DNA of 62,737 nt, the filler included, from Pirum gemmata (taxonomy: Eukaryota), in NCBI GenBank assembly GCA_002812295.1. It is 14 parts of 14 records of this genome, joined end to end, with 100 filler letters (N's around TTAATTAATTAA, not from the genome) between each part and the next. Parts side by side here need not be neighbours in the genome. Positions count along the whole stretch, not along the records: positions 51,356 to 55,634 come from PDIN01001340.1; positions 55,735 to 59,968 come from PDIN01001341.1; positions 60,069 to 62,737 come from PDIN01001520.1; 11 more parts are not named here. One strand, 5' to 3'. Made by a program: the position numbers and the translations under genes. This document shows, one piece after another, positions 52,396 to 62,737 of the stretch. Within the stretch, counting starts at the first letter, position 1. Every line of letters begins with the position of its first letter. Under the pieces are notes generated by a model. That model had not been told where the DNA came from, made no database searches, and saw only the letters and a program-made list of their open reading frames with translations.

Positions 52396-53047
52396 CTTCT
52401 CTTTCTTCTCCTTCTTCTCCTTCTTCTCTTTATTCTTATTATAATAATTTATAATATTAATTATAATTAAAATTATATAAAATAATTATCACATTTTAAT
52501 ATTAATATTATAATGATTATGATTATGATTATGATTATGATTTTTTAATCAATACTATGCTGACTTTTGTATTCTTTTTCTTTTTCTTTTTCTTTTTAGA
52601 TTCTGCACAGCAAAGAAGAGAGGAGAACATGACACATGTAAACCAGCAAACCCATGTAAAAATAGCGGAGTGTGTACAAATATTAAAAACGTCATAAATT
52701 ATACATGTACATGTCCACCTGGATTTTCTGGAAAAGATTGTGAAACTCTTGTTGATGCATGTAATGTAAAATCTTGTCAAAACAACGGGGTGTGTATTAA
52801 CAATGCAGCTGGCGCTGCTCCCGGGTATACATGTAAATGTTTAACTGGGTTTTCTGGAAAATATTGTGAAACCAATACTGTTTCCACTAATTATAATAAT
52901 ACTAATACGACTAATGCCAATACTAATACGACTAATGCCAATACTAATACGACTAATGCCAATACTAATACTAATAATGCAAGTGGGGTGGTTGTTTCTG
53001 GTTTTGTTTCTTACTGTGCATTAATTACTGCTGCTTATCTCATGTAA
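51633..53047 (+). CDS. EGF-repeat cell-surface protein, 5' partial; exons ~51633-52233 and 52600-53047
   Basis: Three EGF-like units (CKNGG...CVCPFEYKGRFC; CKNSGVC...YTCTCPPGFSGKDC; CQNNGVC...YTCKCLTGFSGKYC), an NTNTTNA stalk and a hydrophobic C-terminus. Phase-2 GT-AG intron. Confidence 0.88.
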
Positions 53048-53459
53048 ATTAAAAATTATTATTAATTTTGTATTAGAAAAGAAGTATATAATAATATTAA
53101 TTTTTATTTAATTATATATAATATTTATATAATATATAATATATACGTATTAGTCTAAAAAAAAAAGATTTCTACTCCTTTTCTACAACCTTTAATACTA
53201 ACTAGCCAAATTATTATTGAAAACTAGCAATAATAGAGTTTTCTTAGTTGGACGATTTCTCAAAATTTGGTAGTACGTTCATTAAAATTGGATCATTTTG
53301 AGATTTTTTGGATTTTTGAGCTCATATGAGCCATTTTTAATTAATTTTTTAAAATGATTATAAACAAACAATATAATATTATGTAGTTTTTTGTCCGGTT
53401 TTTATTTTAAATTTATTATAAAAATTATATTTTAAAAAACAAAATAATTGATAAAAATA

Positions 53460-53832
53460 GTTAGGGTTGGGGTGTTAGGGTTAGGATTAGGATTAGGGTT
53501 AGGGTTAGGGTTAGGGTTAGGGTTAGGGTTAGGGTTAGGGTTAGATCAGAGTTAGGGTTAGGGTTAGGGTTTTGTTGGGAGTAGGGTTAAAGTAAGGGTT
53601 AAGGTTAGGGTTTTAAGGTCAGGGGTTTAAAGGTTAGGGCTTTAAGGTTAGGGTTAGGGTTAGGGTTAGGGGGAGAGATTAGAATTAGGGTTAGGGTTAG
53701 GGCTTGGGTTTGGGTTAGGATAAGATTAGGATTAGGGTTAAATAGGTTAGGGTGTGTTATTATTAGGGTTATGATTAGGGTTAGGGTTAGGGTTAGGGTT
53801 AGGCTAGAGAAAGGATTAGGGTTAGGGTTAGA
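53460..53832 (+). repeat. Degenerate interstitial (TTAGGG)n array; shorter ones near 23900-23980, 29670-29735, 34340-34460
   Basis: Direct reading. Confidence 0.9.
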
Positions 53833-54412
53833 GAAAGGAAAACTTTTATAATGTTTATAATATTTCATTATATAATATAGTACTAGCTATTTATTTAATA
53901 TTATTGTATAATATTATATAAATTTACTATATCGAATTCGTATGTATTGGGTTTCGAATCTCTCTCTAAACCAAGACAAAGACCATCAACACTTTCAAGC
54001 AAGTTTCGCGTAACACTTTTGAGTTCTCATCAAAATAATATCATTATATGCAAAGCCCTTAAGCTTTCAGGTTATAATTACTCTTCGATCATCCTAGCTA
54101 GGTAGTTAGTTCAAAGGAGAGAAGGTGGGTGACAATGTATACGTAGTACAACGTTAACGTCACTAGCCAGTTACATGAACCCTTCCAACTCAACATCTCC
54201 AACTCGATACCTTTAGAAAGAGAAGTTTCACATATTCGAGGTTTTGTATACAAGGCTGTAGACATACATATATTTATAAATATATAAATTAAAAAAAAAA
54301 AAAACCTGTTGTCATTTATTATGTAACCAAGAAGGGGTGAATGGCTCAACCTGTTATTAATAAAATAATAATAATATGATAGTAATATAATGAATTTTTT
54401 CTCATTTTTTCT

Positions 54413-54470
<58 letters not shown>

Positions 54471-55966
54471 TTTTTTTTTTTTTATTATTTTTTATTTTTT
54501 TTTAGGTCCAATAATTGGCTGGCTGTGAAAAAGTTGAATGCAAAAACTTCTTTATTTGGCTAAACATTTATATGGTCCCGGCGAGGGGCAAAGTGATAGG
54601 CCTAAAGTGATACAAATTGTTAATGCCATTCATATTTGAAAAATACTACTTAAATTAGAAATAAAGCACCCATGAAGATTTAGATGATTACATAACGCAC
54701 CGTATTTAAAAAATATTACTATTTTAAGATATTACATATTTGGCAAATAGCTCCTTTTTTAAGGTGAAACGCACCTAGCTAGCTAGTACACACAGAGACA
54801 ACTGAGTCTGAGAGAGACAAACAATGAAACTAGTTAGTAGCTACTAGTAGACATTTTGAGTCATTTTGAATGTACGTCATTGACTCGAAGCTCGGTCAAC
54901 GTAAAGCTCGGTTGACGATTGAATACGTTCAGTTGGTCAGTTAGTTTGGCAACGTTTTGTAAACACATCATAATATGATAATTATCTGATATATGTCGTA
55001 TGGACCCTAGAAAAAAGACCTTCAGGGACTCTTCAGCCCCCCCGTATGACCCAAGGCCTGACTCTAAGATTATTAAACCCATAACCCATAGCCAAAACCA
55101 GCTCATAACCCATAACCCATAACCTATAGACCTCCAACAGCTCTAACCTATAACCCATTTATAAATTAATTATGATATATAATATATAAATAACCCTAGT
55201 AAAATAACCCAAGATTCAAGAGCCTTTTACGGTTTTACCACACGGCTTTACTCCAATGGTTTTCTCAAAAAATATTTGATTTTTTTCGAGGCTTTGTTGG
55301 TTGAAGTTTGAGTCTGTTTGTCCCTTTTTTTCGAGCCTTTGAGCCTTTGACCAGCTCTTTCTAGCTAGCTACTAGCTAGCGGAACAGTCATGGTAACGCC
55401 AGACTCGCCCAGTGTCAGGCTGTCAGCGCCATTGAAGTGTAACGTGTAACGCCCACCTTTGTAGCCTTTTTGGACTCTTTTTGGTCTTTTTTTTTTTATC
55501 TTTTTTATCTTTTCAGATGACGTATAGTCTAATATTGAATTTATACTATCTATGATATTATAATTTATCATAAATCAAGTTGCATAAATTTATAAAAAAA
55601 AAATTTAAAAAAAAGCTGGAAAAAAAAGTAATAANNNNNNNNNNNNNNNNNNNNNNNNNNNNNNNNNNNNNNNNNNNNTTAATTAATTAANNNNNNNNNN
55701 NNNNNNNNNNNNNNNNNNNNNNNNNNNNNNNNNNTAATAATAATAATAATGAGTATGGTAATGGCATTGGGATTGGGATTGGTATTGATAGTAATAATGG
55801 TAATGGCATTAGTAATGGCAGTGGTAATGGTAATAGCTATGGTAATGGTAATGGCAATAGCTATGGTAATGGCAATGGTAATGGTAATGGTAATGGTAAT
55901 GGCAATGGCAATGGTAATGCTTATTTTTAATAATATTATTATATTAATAATAATAATAATATTTTA

Positions 55967-55997
<31 letters not shown>

Positions 55998-56055
55998 TTT
56001 AAGTTAATACCGTTTATTAATTACTGTTTTTTTTTAATTTTAAGAACTACTAAAA

Positions 56056-59000
56056 CTAACAAATCGGCACTTTAAAAGGTTTAGCAGTGTGCAATTTTTT
56101 GCCGTTGACTTTAACAAAAACTGTAATCCGGCCGCGATGATCCAAATGTTGAGTGACTTGGGAATTTTGAGGAATAAAACCCTCGTACAAATCACTATTA
56201 ATATTTTGGGTGTGTGCTTTGAAATTACCAGCGCCCTTCACAAAGAATCTAACATTTTGCTTATAACTGTCTAAATCAACATCCAAAATAATTTTTCGAT
56301 TTTGGTCATCGTCGGATTGCAAATCGATACATTTGGGAGTAGAAAGTAAAGCTCTAGAGAGTTGGTTGTTCTCTTGTTGCTGTTGTGTTTTCGCACAAGT
56401 TCTACCAAAGAATCCCTTTCTACATTTACATTTGCTTCCGGTCCATTTACCGTAAGGGAAAGTACAAGCGTTATGTTCAAAAAAGCCCATTGCGTCTTTT
56501 GATAAACGGCCATGATTTTCTTTCTTTGACAGCTCAAATTGGATAGAAGTTATAGCATCCCTAACGTAATTATTTTGTTGTTCTTCAGAATTTTCAATAT
56601 GAGAATCATATTTACAATTAGCCAACAAAGTTTCACTATCTAACAAATTCTTGGCAACCGCTTCTTGAATTTGGGAAATATCTAAAATGGCTTGACAAGA
56701 TTCATCACCATCGTTAACATCTCTTCTCCCACGACTGGATCTGACAACGTCACCAACAAAAGTACCTCTAGTACGAGGTCTATTAGTAGTGCACACTTTA
56801 CCTTCGAACCCATCAGGGAGATCAGACTTATAAGTGATAGCTTGACCATTGAATTTGGCCCTGGTCGATTTCCAGAAAACATTTTTCAAGTAAGATCCAT
56901 TATGACTATCATAGGTATCATCGTGTTTGTTACCGTTCCAATTACCGCACACTCCGCCTGTAACTTGACCTTGGTATCTAGGACTAATATTTCTAATGTA
57001 TATATCAATAAGCCAACCTTCTTCTTTGTAACCCTTTTTAGTTTCGAAGACAATTTGAGTTTTGTCTGGTAAAATAAAAGTATATTTATCACCGTGACCA
57101 GAAGCTGTTTTCCCGTATGCAATTTTTTCTACATCGTTACCGTTGCCAGTTTTGACATTAAACAATTTAAGTGGGTGCCAGGCTTGATATTTATTTAGCT
57201 CTTTATCCTTTTTGATCCAACATTCAGATCCACCAGCATGATTTTCGGCCCACCAGCCACCTTCTACATTAGCGATATCCCAAGATAATTCACACCGTTT
57301 GCCACCTTTTTCAATTTCATAACCACGGCAGGTAGGTTCCTGATCACATCTAGCTTTGCATTCTCTATTAGACACGTGAATAACTTGGTCTGCTTTAGAT
57401 TTACCGCAATATCTACGATCGTGTTTTGAATAGTGTATTTGCTGTTTTAATTGCACAAATGTATTTTTGTAGGTAAAAGATACTTCTGCATAAGTGGCCA
57501 CAGGAACATAATTACCAAATCGATCTTTCGGTTTAAAGTAATCAACTTGGAATCGTTTGTGATGTCCAATTATTCGTAAATCCTTAGATTCAAAGATCGA
57601 GACATAATCGTGCCCTCCCCAAGCATGTTTAGCACCATCGATAGTTTTTGTGTGTGGATCACCAATACTTTCACAATAGCCAGGAGTCCGTTCTTGCCTT
57701 TTCACATTAAAGTGTTGTTGGCACTCTCTAAGAACGCCATTATTTTCTTTTAATTTGTAATTTAAAGTCACCCTGTTTTGATAATTTTGATTGGATCCAC
57801 TTCTACGGTTACCGGGACTGATGGTTAAGGTAGATGTCTGGCCATTTCGAACCTTTAATGTGCAATCGTTAATCAAAATGTCATCACTTTGAGTATAAAC
57901 AGCTACCTCACCGTTAAATTTCGCTGAAACGCTTACTCCAATGGCACCAGTTCTATCGTCCATATTGACAATTAAACCATTATCTGTACGTCCATTCACT
58001 TTTAGCTTTTCTCTTTCACAAACATTTAGTTCACAGCATTTACTTGCACATTCATTGCCTTTACAATGAATGGCATGTGGATTTTGTTTGGCTACTTGGT
58101 TCGAGCTACATTTCCCAGTCCAGTTCACACAAGTAAGTGGTTTGGCTTTGCAGCATTTAGTTGCACATTCTGCTCCTTTACACTGAATGGTTTTGGGGTT
58201 AGGAAGTGGCAGTTGGTTAGTTGAACATTTCCCAGTCCAATCAACGCAAGTAGTAGGTGGTTTGGGTTTACAGCATTTACTTTCACATTCTGCTCCTTTA
58301 CATTGAATAGTTTTGGGGTTAGGAAGTGGCAGTTGGTCAGTTGAACATTGTCCCGCCCAATCAACGCAAGTGGTAGGTGGTTTGGGTTTACAACATTTAC
58401 TTTTGCATTCCGAGCCTTTGCAATGGATGGTTTTAGGATTAGGAAGTGGTAATTGATTAGCTAAACATTTCCCAGTCCAATCAGCGCAGGTAGTAGGTGG
58501 TTTGGGTTTGCAGCATTTACTTTTGCATTTTGAACCTTTGCAATGAATGGTTTCAGGATTAGGAAGTGGTAATTGATTAGCTAAACATTTCCCAGTCCAA
58601 TCAGCGCAGGTAGTAGGTGGTTTGGGTTTGCAGCATTTAGTTGCACATTCTGCTCCTTTACACTGAATAGTTTTGGGTTTAGGAAGTGGTAGTTGGTTAG
58701 CTGAACATTTTCCAGTCCAATCAACGCAAGTAGTAGGTGGTTTGGGTTTGCAACATTTAGACGCACATTCTGCTTCTGTACAATGAATGGTTTTGGGGTT
58801 AGGAAGTGGTAGTTGGTTAGCTGAACATTCCCCAGTCCAATCAACGCAAGTAGTAGGTGGTTTGGGTTTACAGCATTTTCTTTTGCATTCCGGGCCTTTA
58901 CAATTAATGGATTCTGGTTTTGGTTTTGGCATTTTATCATCATCGCATTTACCAGACCATTGTACACAAGTAGTTGGTGGTTTGGGTTTGCAACAACGTG

Positions 59001-59718
59001 TTAAGCACTCTGAACCTTCACATTCAACATCTTCCGAGTTTGGCTTTTCAATTTGATTAGCAGCACATTCACCATCCCAGTCAGCGCAAGTTGAAGGCGG
59101 TTTAGTTTCACAACATTCTGAGACAGTGCATTTATCATCCTTACACTTGATATTGACAAAATTAGGTTTCTTTTGTTGATCGTCACCAGAACAAATTTGT
59201 GGTTGGTCACCACAAGTTTGGCAAGTTGATTCTTCTTGCTTCTTGCAACATCTTTTGCTGCATTGTGTATTACCTTTACACTTAACGGCGTCAAAATCAA
59301 TGTCCCGATCAATAAGACCATGTTCTTCGCAATCCCCATCCCAACTTTCACAAGTCGATTCGCATTGGGGCTCTTGGCAGCATTTTTCCAGACATTTTTC
59401 ACCTTTACATTTGATTTTATCAAAATCAATATTTTCTTTGTTGATTAAATCATGGTTATCACAATTGTCCGAGACGGCCCATACAGAACAAGTTGGAGGA
59501 GCTTTAATTTTTTTGCAACATTTTTTGATGCAAGATTTACCTTTGCAATGTATGCTTCCCCAATCCTTTTCATTGTTTACTTTTCCATATTCTTTACATG
59601 TACTATCCCAGTTGTCACAAGTGTGTACTTTGCATTCTTTTTTATCTTCTTCGTAATAAGAGGCTGACGAATTTTGGGCGAAAAGGGTAAACCCTAATAA
59701 TGCAATGGTTAATTTCAT
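56056..59718 (-). CDS. Secreted 1220-aa protein: ~40-aa Cys-rich repeats, von Willebrand D domain with PAN/apple-like insert, EGF-like unit
   Basis: Signal peptide; repeats like PKPPTTCVDWTGKC...CKGAECASKCC; GYCESIGDPHTKTIDG; GGVCGNWNGNKHDD; CKCRKGFFGRTC. Intronless. Confidence 0.88.
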   Translation of the reverse strand: MKLTIALLGFTLFAQNSSASYYEEDKKECKVHTCDNWDSTCKEYGKVNNEKDWGSIHCKGKSCIKKCCKKIKAPPTCSVWAVSDNCDNHDLINKENIDFDKIKCKGEKCLEKCCQEPQCESTCESWDGDCEEHGLIDRDIDFDAVKCKGNTQCSKRCCKKQEESTCQTCGDQPQICSGDDQQKKPNFVNIKCKDDKCTVSECCETKPPSTCADWDGECAANQIEKPNSEDVECEGSECLTRCCKPKPPTTCVQWSGKCDDDKMPKPKPESINCKGPECKRKCCKPKPPTTCVDWTGECSANQLPLPNPKTIHCTEAECASKCCKPKPPTTCVDWTGKCSANQLPLPKPKTIQCKGAECATKCCKPKPPTTCADWTGKCLANQLPLPNPETIHCKGSKCKSKCCKPKPPTTCADWTGKCLANQLPLPNPKTIHCKGSECKSKCCKPKPPTTCVDWAGQCSTDQLPLPNPKTIQCKGAECESKCCKPKPPTTCVDWTGKCSTNQLPLPNPKTIQCKGAECATKCCKAKPLTCVNWTGKCSSNQVAKQNPHAIHCKGNECASKCCELNVCEREKLKVNGRTDNGLIVNMDDRTGAIGVSVSAKFNGEVAVYTQSDDILINDCTLKVRNGQTSTLTISPGNRRSGSNQNYQNRVTLNYKLKENNGVLRECQQHFNVKRQERTPGYCESIGDPHTKTIDGAKHAWGGHDYVSIFESKDLRIIGHHKRFQVDYFKPKDRFGNYVPVATYAEVSFTYKNTFVQLKQQIHYSKHDRRYCGKSKADQVIHVSNRECKARCDQEPTCRGYEIEKGGKRCELSWDIANVEGGWWAENHAGGSECWIKKDKELNKYQAWHPLKLFNVKTGNGNDVEKIAYGKTASGHGDKYTFILPDKTQIVFETKKGYKEEGWLIDIYIRNISPRYQGQVTGGVCGNWNGNKHDDTYDSHNGSYLKNVFWKSTRAKFNGQAITYKSDLPDGFEGKVCTTNRPRTRGTFVGDVVRSSRGRRDVNDGDESCQAILDISQIQEAVAKNLLDSETLLANCKYDSHIENSEEQQNNYVRDAITSIQFELSKKENHGRLSKDAMGFFEHNACTFPYGKWTGSKCKCRKGFFGRTCAKTQQQQENNQLSRALLSTPKCIDLQSDDDQNRKIILDVDLDSYKQNVRFFVKGAGNFKAHTQNINSDLYEGFIPQNSQVTQHLDHRGRITVFVKVNGKKLHTAKPFKVPIC
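58030..59110. repeat. In-frame 120-bp coding tandem repeat, about 9 units, with more diverged units up to ~59630
   Basis: Exact 120-bp periodicity, for example AGGAAGTGG at 58201, 58321, 58441, 58561, 58681, 58801. Confidence 0.95.
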
Positions 59719-59937
59719 ATTGATTTTACTTACTGATTTTATTTTATTTTATTTTATTTGTTTGATATTTGTTTGGTTTGTTTGATTTGTTTGTGTTTGT
59801 TTCTCTTTTTATTGTTATTTTTTTTATTCTTATTGTTATTTTTTTATTCCGATAATTACAAATTACCTAATATTTATTTTCTGTTTTGTTTGTTCTCTGT
59901 TAGATGAAATTTAAGCCACTTTTATCTAGCACTTTTA

Positions 59938-59968
<31 letters not shown>

Positions 59969-60068
59969 NNNNNNNNNNNNNNNNNNNNNNNNNNNNNNNN
60001 NNNNNNNNNNNNTTAATTAATTAANNNNNNNNNNNNNNNNNNNNNNNNNNNNNNNNNNNNNNNNNNNN

Positions 60069-62015
60069 TTCTAATTTTTGGGACCCCATTTTATGATTTC
60101 GGTAAAAATTAATTTCATTTTGGTACTCGATTGGATCCAAGGTAATCATTTCTAACCCATCAACTAACACCCTATTCTTATCCATTACAAATTCAAATTC
60201 ATCTATATAAACATAATTACCTGTTTCACCAGGAGTAGTAGTCTCAAAATATAAATTATATTGAGTTATAGTTTGATTGGTAGGAGTTAAATCGTATATT
60301 CCATTTTTATTTATTGTCATAGTTAAAGAATGATCTGAAACACCATTAACAGTGGCTGAAATTTGTAAATCACTTTTACAAGAAATAGTAAATTTAAGTT
60401 TTTTTATAGCAAAATATCGGTTGTTTTTAGATTTTATTTTCATTAAAACTGTACTGCCAGGAGTTATATCTGGTCCAGGAGGTTCAGAATTAACTAAAAT
60501 ATACCTTGGCAAGTTATCAAATAATCCTACCGATGAACCAACAAAATTTGTAAAAACAATATTAAAGTCGTTAACATCATATTGAGTTGTTGTCTTTAAA
60601 TCGCTTTTGGAAAAAACCGATTTTTGATTCTTATTAATCAAATTAATATCTTGATTAGGTTCTGGTTTTAAAATTAAATTATTTAACAAATTATTTGTGC
60701 CATCGTTATTTATGTACCAATGTTTTGATTTTATAGCTAATGTTCCTTCATCTGGGCCTGTTTTAGCCTTTGAATGAAAAAGAATATGTTTTATGTTTAT
60801 CTCAGGTGCACTCCAGAAAGGATCAGGTCCTGAATTATCTACTTTTATTTCAATAACATATTCATTGCTTTCTAATTCATTGATATTGGTTTCATGTTTT
60901 GCAAAATCTTGCCAGCTGCCAAACGCTTTTTTTATATCATTAGGTAAATTTGTATAACTATTTATATCGAATTTTGAATTAAAGATTTCTACTTGATTTA
61001 ATATAACACTATTGGTATTAAAAGTTTTAGAAAATATATTTTTTTTCCATTTTTGAGTTGAAATATCATAATCTATTTTATTACCTATATTCATTGTTAT
61101 CAAAACTTTATTTTTTTGTGAAATATCAAACACCAATCCTTTCAATATGTTATCATTAGTTGGTTTTAGTTCAATAACGTAATACTGTGGTTTGTGTGTT
61201 AAGCTACCAAGGTTATTTAATTTTAAATTATTATTTTTGAAAAAGAATGAAGCATATACTATAATATCACAGTTAGGAGGGGTTATTGTATCTAAATAAG
61301 TTGTACCATGTAATGTCCCGAACACATGGGTGTTTTGTGATTTAGCATTTTTTTCATCATCAATTAAATTTTTTAGAGGTAACAACGTTTCATAATGATA
61401 AACCCCTTGAAGACTATTTATATTATATAATTGAATATCATTTCCTAATTGTAATGTAGGTTTACTACTACCATTATAAGTCATGCTAATAGGTTGAGAC
61501 CAATCAGTTTTTTTTTGTGTTTGTAAATAATCTATAGTTTTTTTTTCTAATTCAGTTATTTTTTTTCCTACATCAATTCCTGCTACCTTTAATGTATTAG
61601 TTGCTACCATGTCTTTACCTTTTATATCATTGATATTTAAAGGTGCGCTATAATCAAACAATTTTATCCATATTAAAGTTGTATCGCTACTCAATTCAAT
61701 CAAATTATCACTATCACCTAATAATCTTATTCTAAAATCTTTTTCTCCAGGACTTGTTCTTGCCAAAATAGTAAACTCATAACGACCGGATTTTAATTGA
61801 GCCTCAGTATTAACTGTTTGAACTATTGTATCTTGACTTGGAAAATCAGATTCTAATTGGATTTTTTTTAATTCAGGTGCATAGTCCCATTTTACTTCAA
61901 GTTTAGCCTCATCGTTAATATACAAAGTACTTGGGTTGGCTACAACGCTTAAAATACGGGTCTTTTTGGTAATTGTTGTATTTTTTTTTATATAACTATC
62001 AAATATTAGACTCAT
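60069..62015 (-). CDS. Large unknown beta-rich protein, 3' truncated by contig end; possible viral fibre or structural protein
   Basis: About 650 codons open and intronless; N/K/I-rich; segment NTLKVAGIDVGKKITELEKK; no signal peptide. Confidence 0.65.
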
Positions 62016-62047
62016 TTTTAATTATTTATTAATACATATAAAAAAAA

Positions 62048-62737
62048 TTATAAGAAATTTTCTAGACTATGAACGTTTGCTTGTTTTGGTAAATAATTTT
62101 GTAATAGGTTACCTTTATGTTGTCGATGATTACTCACCATACTCACTGGGTCTGATAAAATACGGCTAGCTTTAATTTTTTGATTGGATTCACCGTCATG
62201 TTTTTTTACATATGAGCTACCTGCATTAAAGGTACGCCCGACTGTATTTTGAGTATCTTTCACTAATTGGTTCACTATACTTCCCCCAAGGCTATGCCCT
62301 GTAAATTTTATTTTATTATTGCCTTGTAATTTTTTTACCTTTTCTAATGTTTCGTTATATCTAGGTGAAGCTTTTATGCCTTTTTTATGTCCTAATATAT
62401 AAGAGTCACTAACTAACAAATCTTTTTTTGATTTGGGGTTTGTACCTCTTACACTCCATATCACTTTATCTTTATTTTTATGTTTATAAATAGCGTTATA
62501 TTTATCACTATTTTTTTTATCCAAAACGTATTTATCATCAATATTATTTTGTCTTTCCTCTTCATTTAAATATGATTGTTGTGCATATTTTGCGTTTCTT
62601 TTCACATTTTTGGGTACATTTTTTTTTGTTTTTATTGAATTTGTAATAAAATTTTTTGGGTTGATAACATTGGTCAAAATATTTCTTCTGTTGCTATATG
62701 CACTACTAATATTTTTCAAAATTTGTGCTGCAGTTTT
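62048..62737 (-). CDS. Alpha/beta-hydrolase (class-3 lipase-like); frame open to window edge
   Basis: WSVRGT, FTGHSLGG nucleophile elbow, TFNAGSS, SDPVS, terminal HSLENFL (Ser-Asp-His triad order). Confidence 0.88.
   Translation of the reverse strand, partial: KTAAQILKNISSAYSNRRNILTNVINPKNFITNSIKTKKNVPKNVKRNAKYAQQSYLNEEERQNNIDDKYVLDKKNSDKYNAIYKHKNKDKVIWSVRGTNPKSKKDLLVSDSYILGHKKGIKASPRYNETLEKVKKLQGNNKIKFTGHSLGGSIVNQLVKDTQNTVGRTFNAGSSYVKKHDGESNQKIKASRILSDPVSMVSNHRQHKGNLLQNYLPKQANVHSLENFL

Noticed and set aside
56089..59667. Overlapping alternative-frame and antisense ORFs inside the vWD gene, and likewise in COG5, tyrosinase and chitin synthase
   Set aside because: Shadow ORFs with no independent motifs.
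4312..60068. Regularly spaced TTAATTAATTAA motif, and apparent clustering of chitin synthase, tyrosinase, lectin and vWD genes as a cell-wall locus
   Set aside because: The motif is an artificial six-frame-stop linker inside N runs. The genes lie on separate concatenated contigs, so no linkage can be inferred.

Overview
AT-rich eukaryotic genomic DNA with GT-AG introns, abundant microsatellites and TTAGGG repeats. It is not one locus: 13 artificial 100-bp spacers (44 N + TTAATTAATTAA + 44 N) join 14 contig segments, mostly about 4.3 kb, so adjacency across spacers means nothing. Host genes include a ricin-B lectin protein, a bacterial-like MDR oxidoreductase, an ShK-tyrosinase, a C2H2 zinc-finger protein, COG5, a chitin synthase, EGF and vWD extracellular proteins and isolated exons. 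This gene mix suggests a holozoan protist such as an ichthyosporean (inference). Decayed LINE, Ty1/copia and P-element-like transposons and at least five MITE families are present. Best leads: (1) an intronless, gene-dense contig with a fibre-like ORF and a GHSLGG lipase, resembling an endogenous Polinton-like virus or virophage; (2) a chitin synthase fused to an LHFPL/claudin-like tetraspan module; (3) a COG5 contig with identical 79-bp ends that rejoin a copia fragment (circle or tandem unit); (4) duplicated TTAGGG/TTAGCG variant telomere cassettes, one fused to a MITE; (5) a secreted Cys-repeat/vWD protein with a PAN-like insert. Family assignments come from reading motifs; no database search was run.
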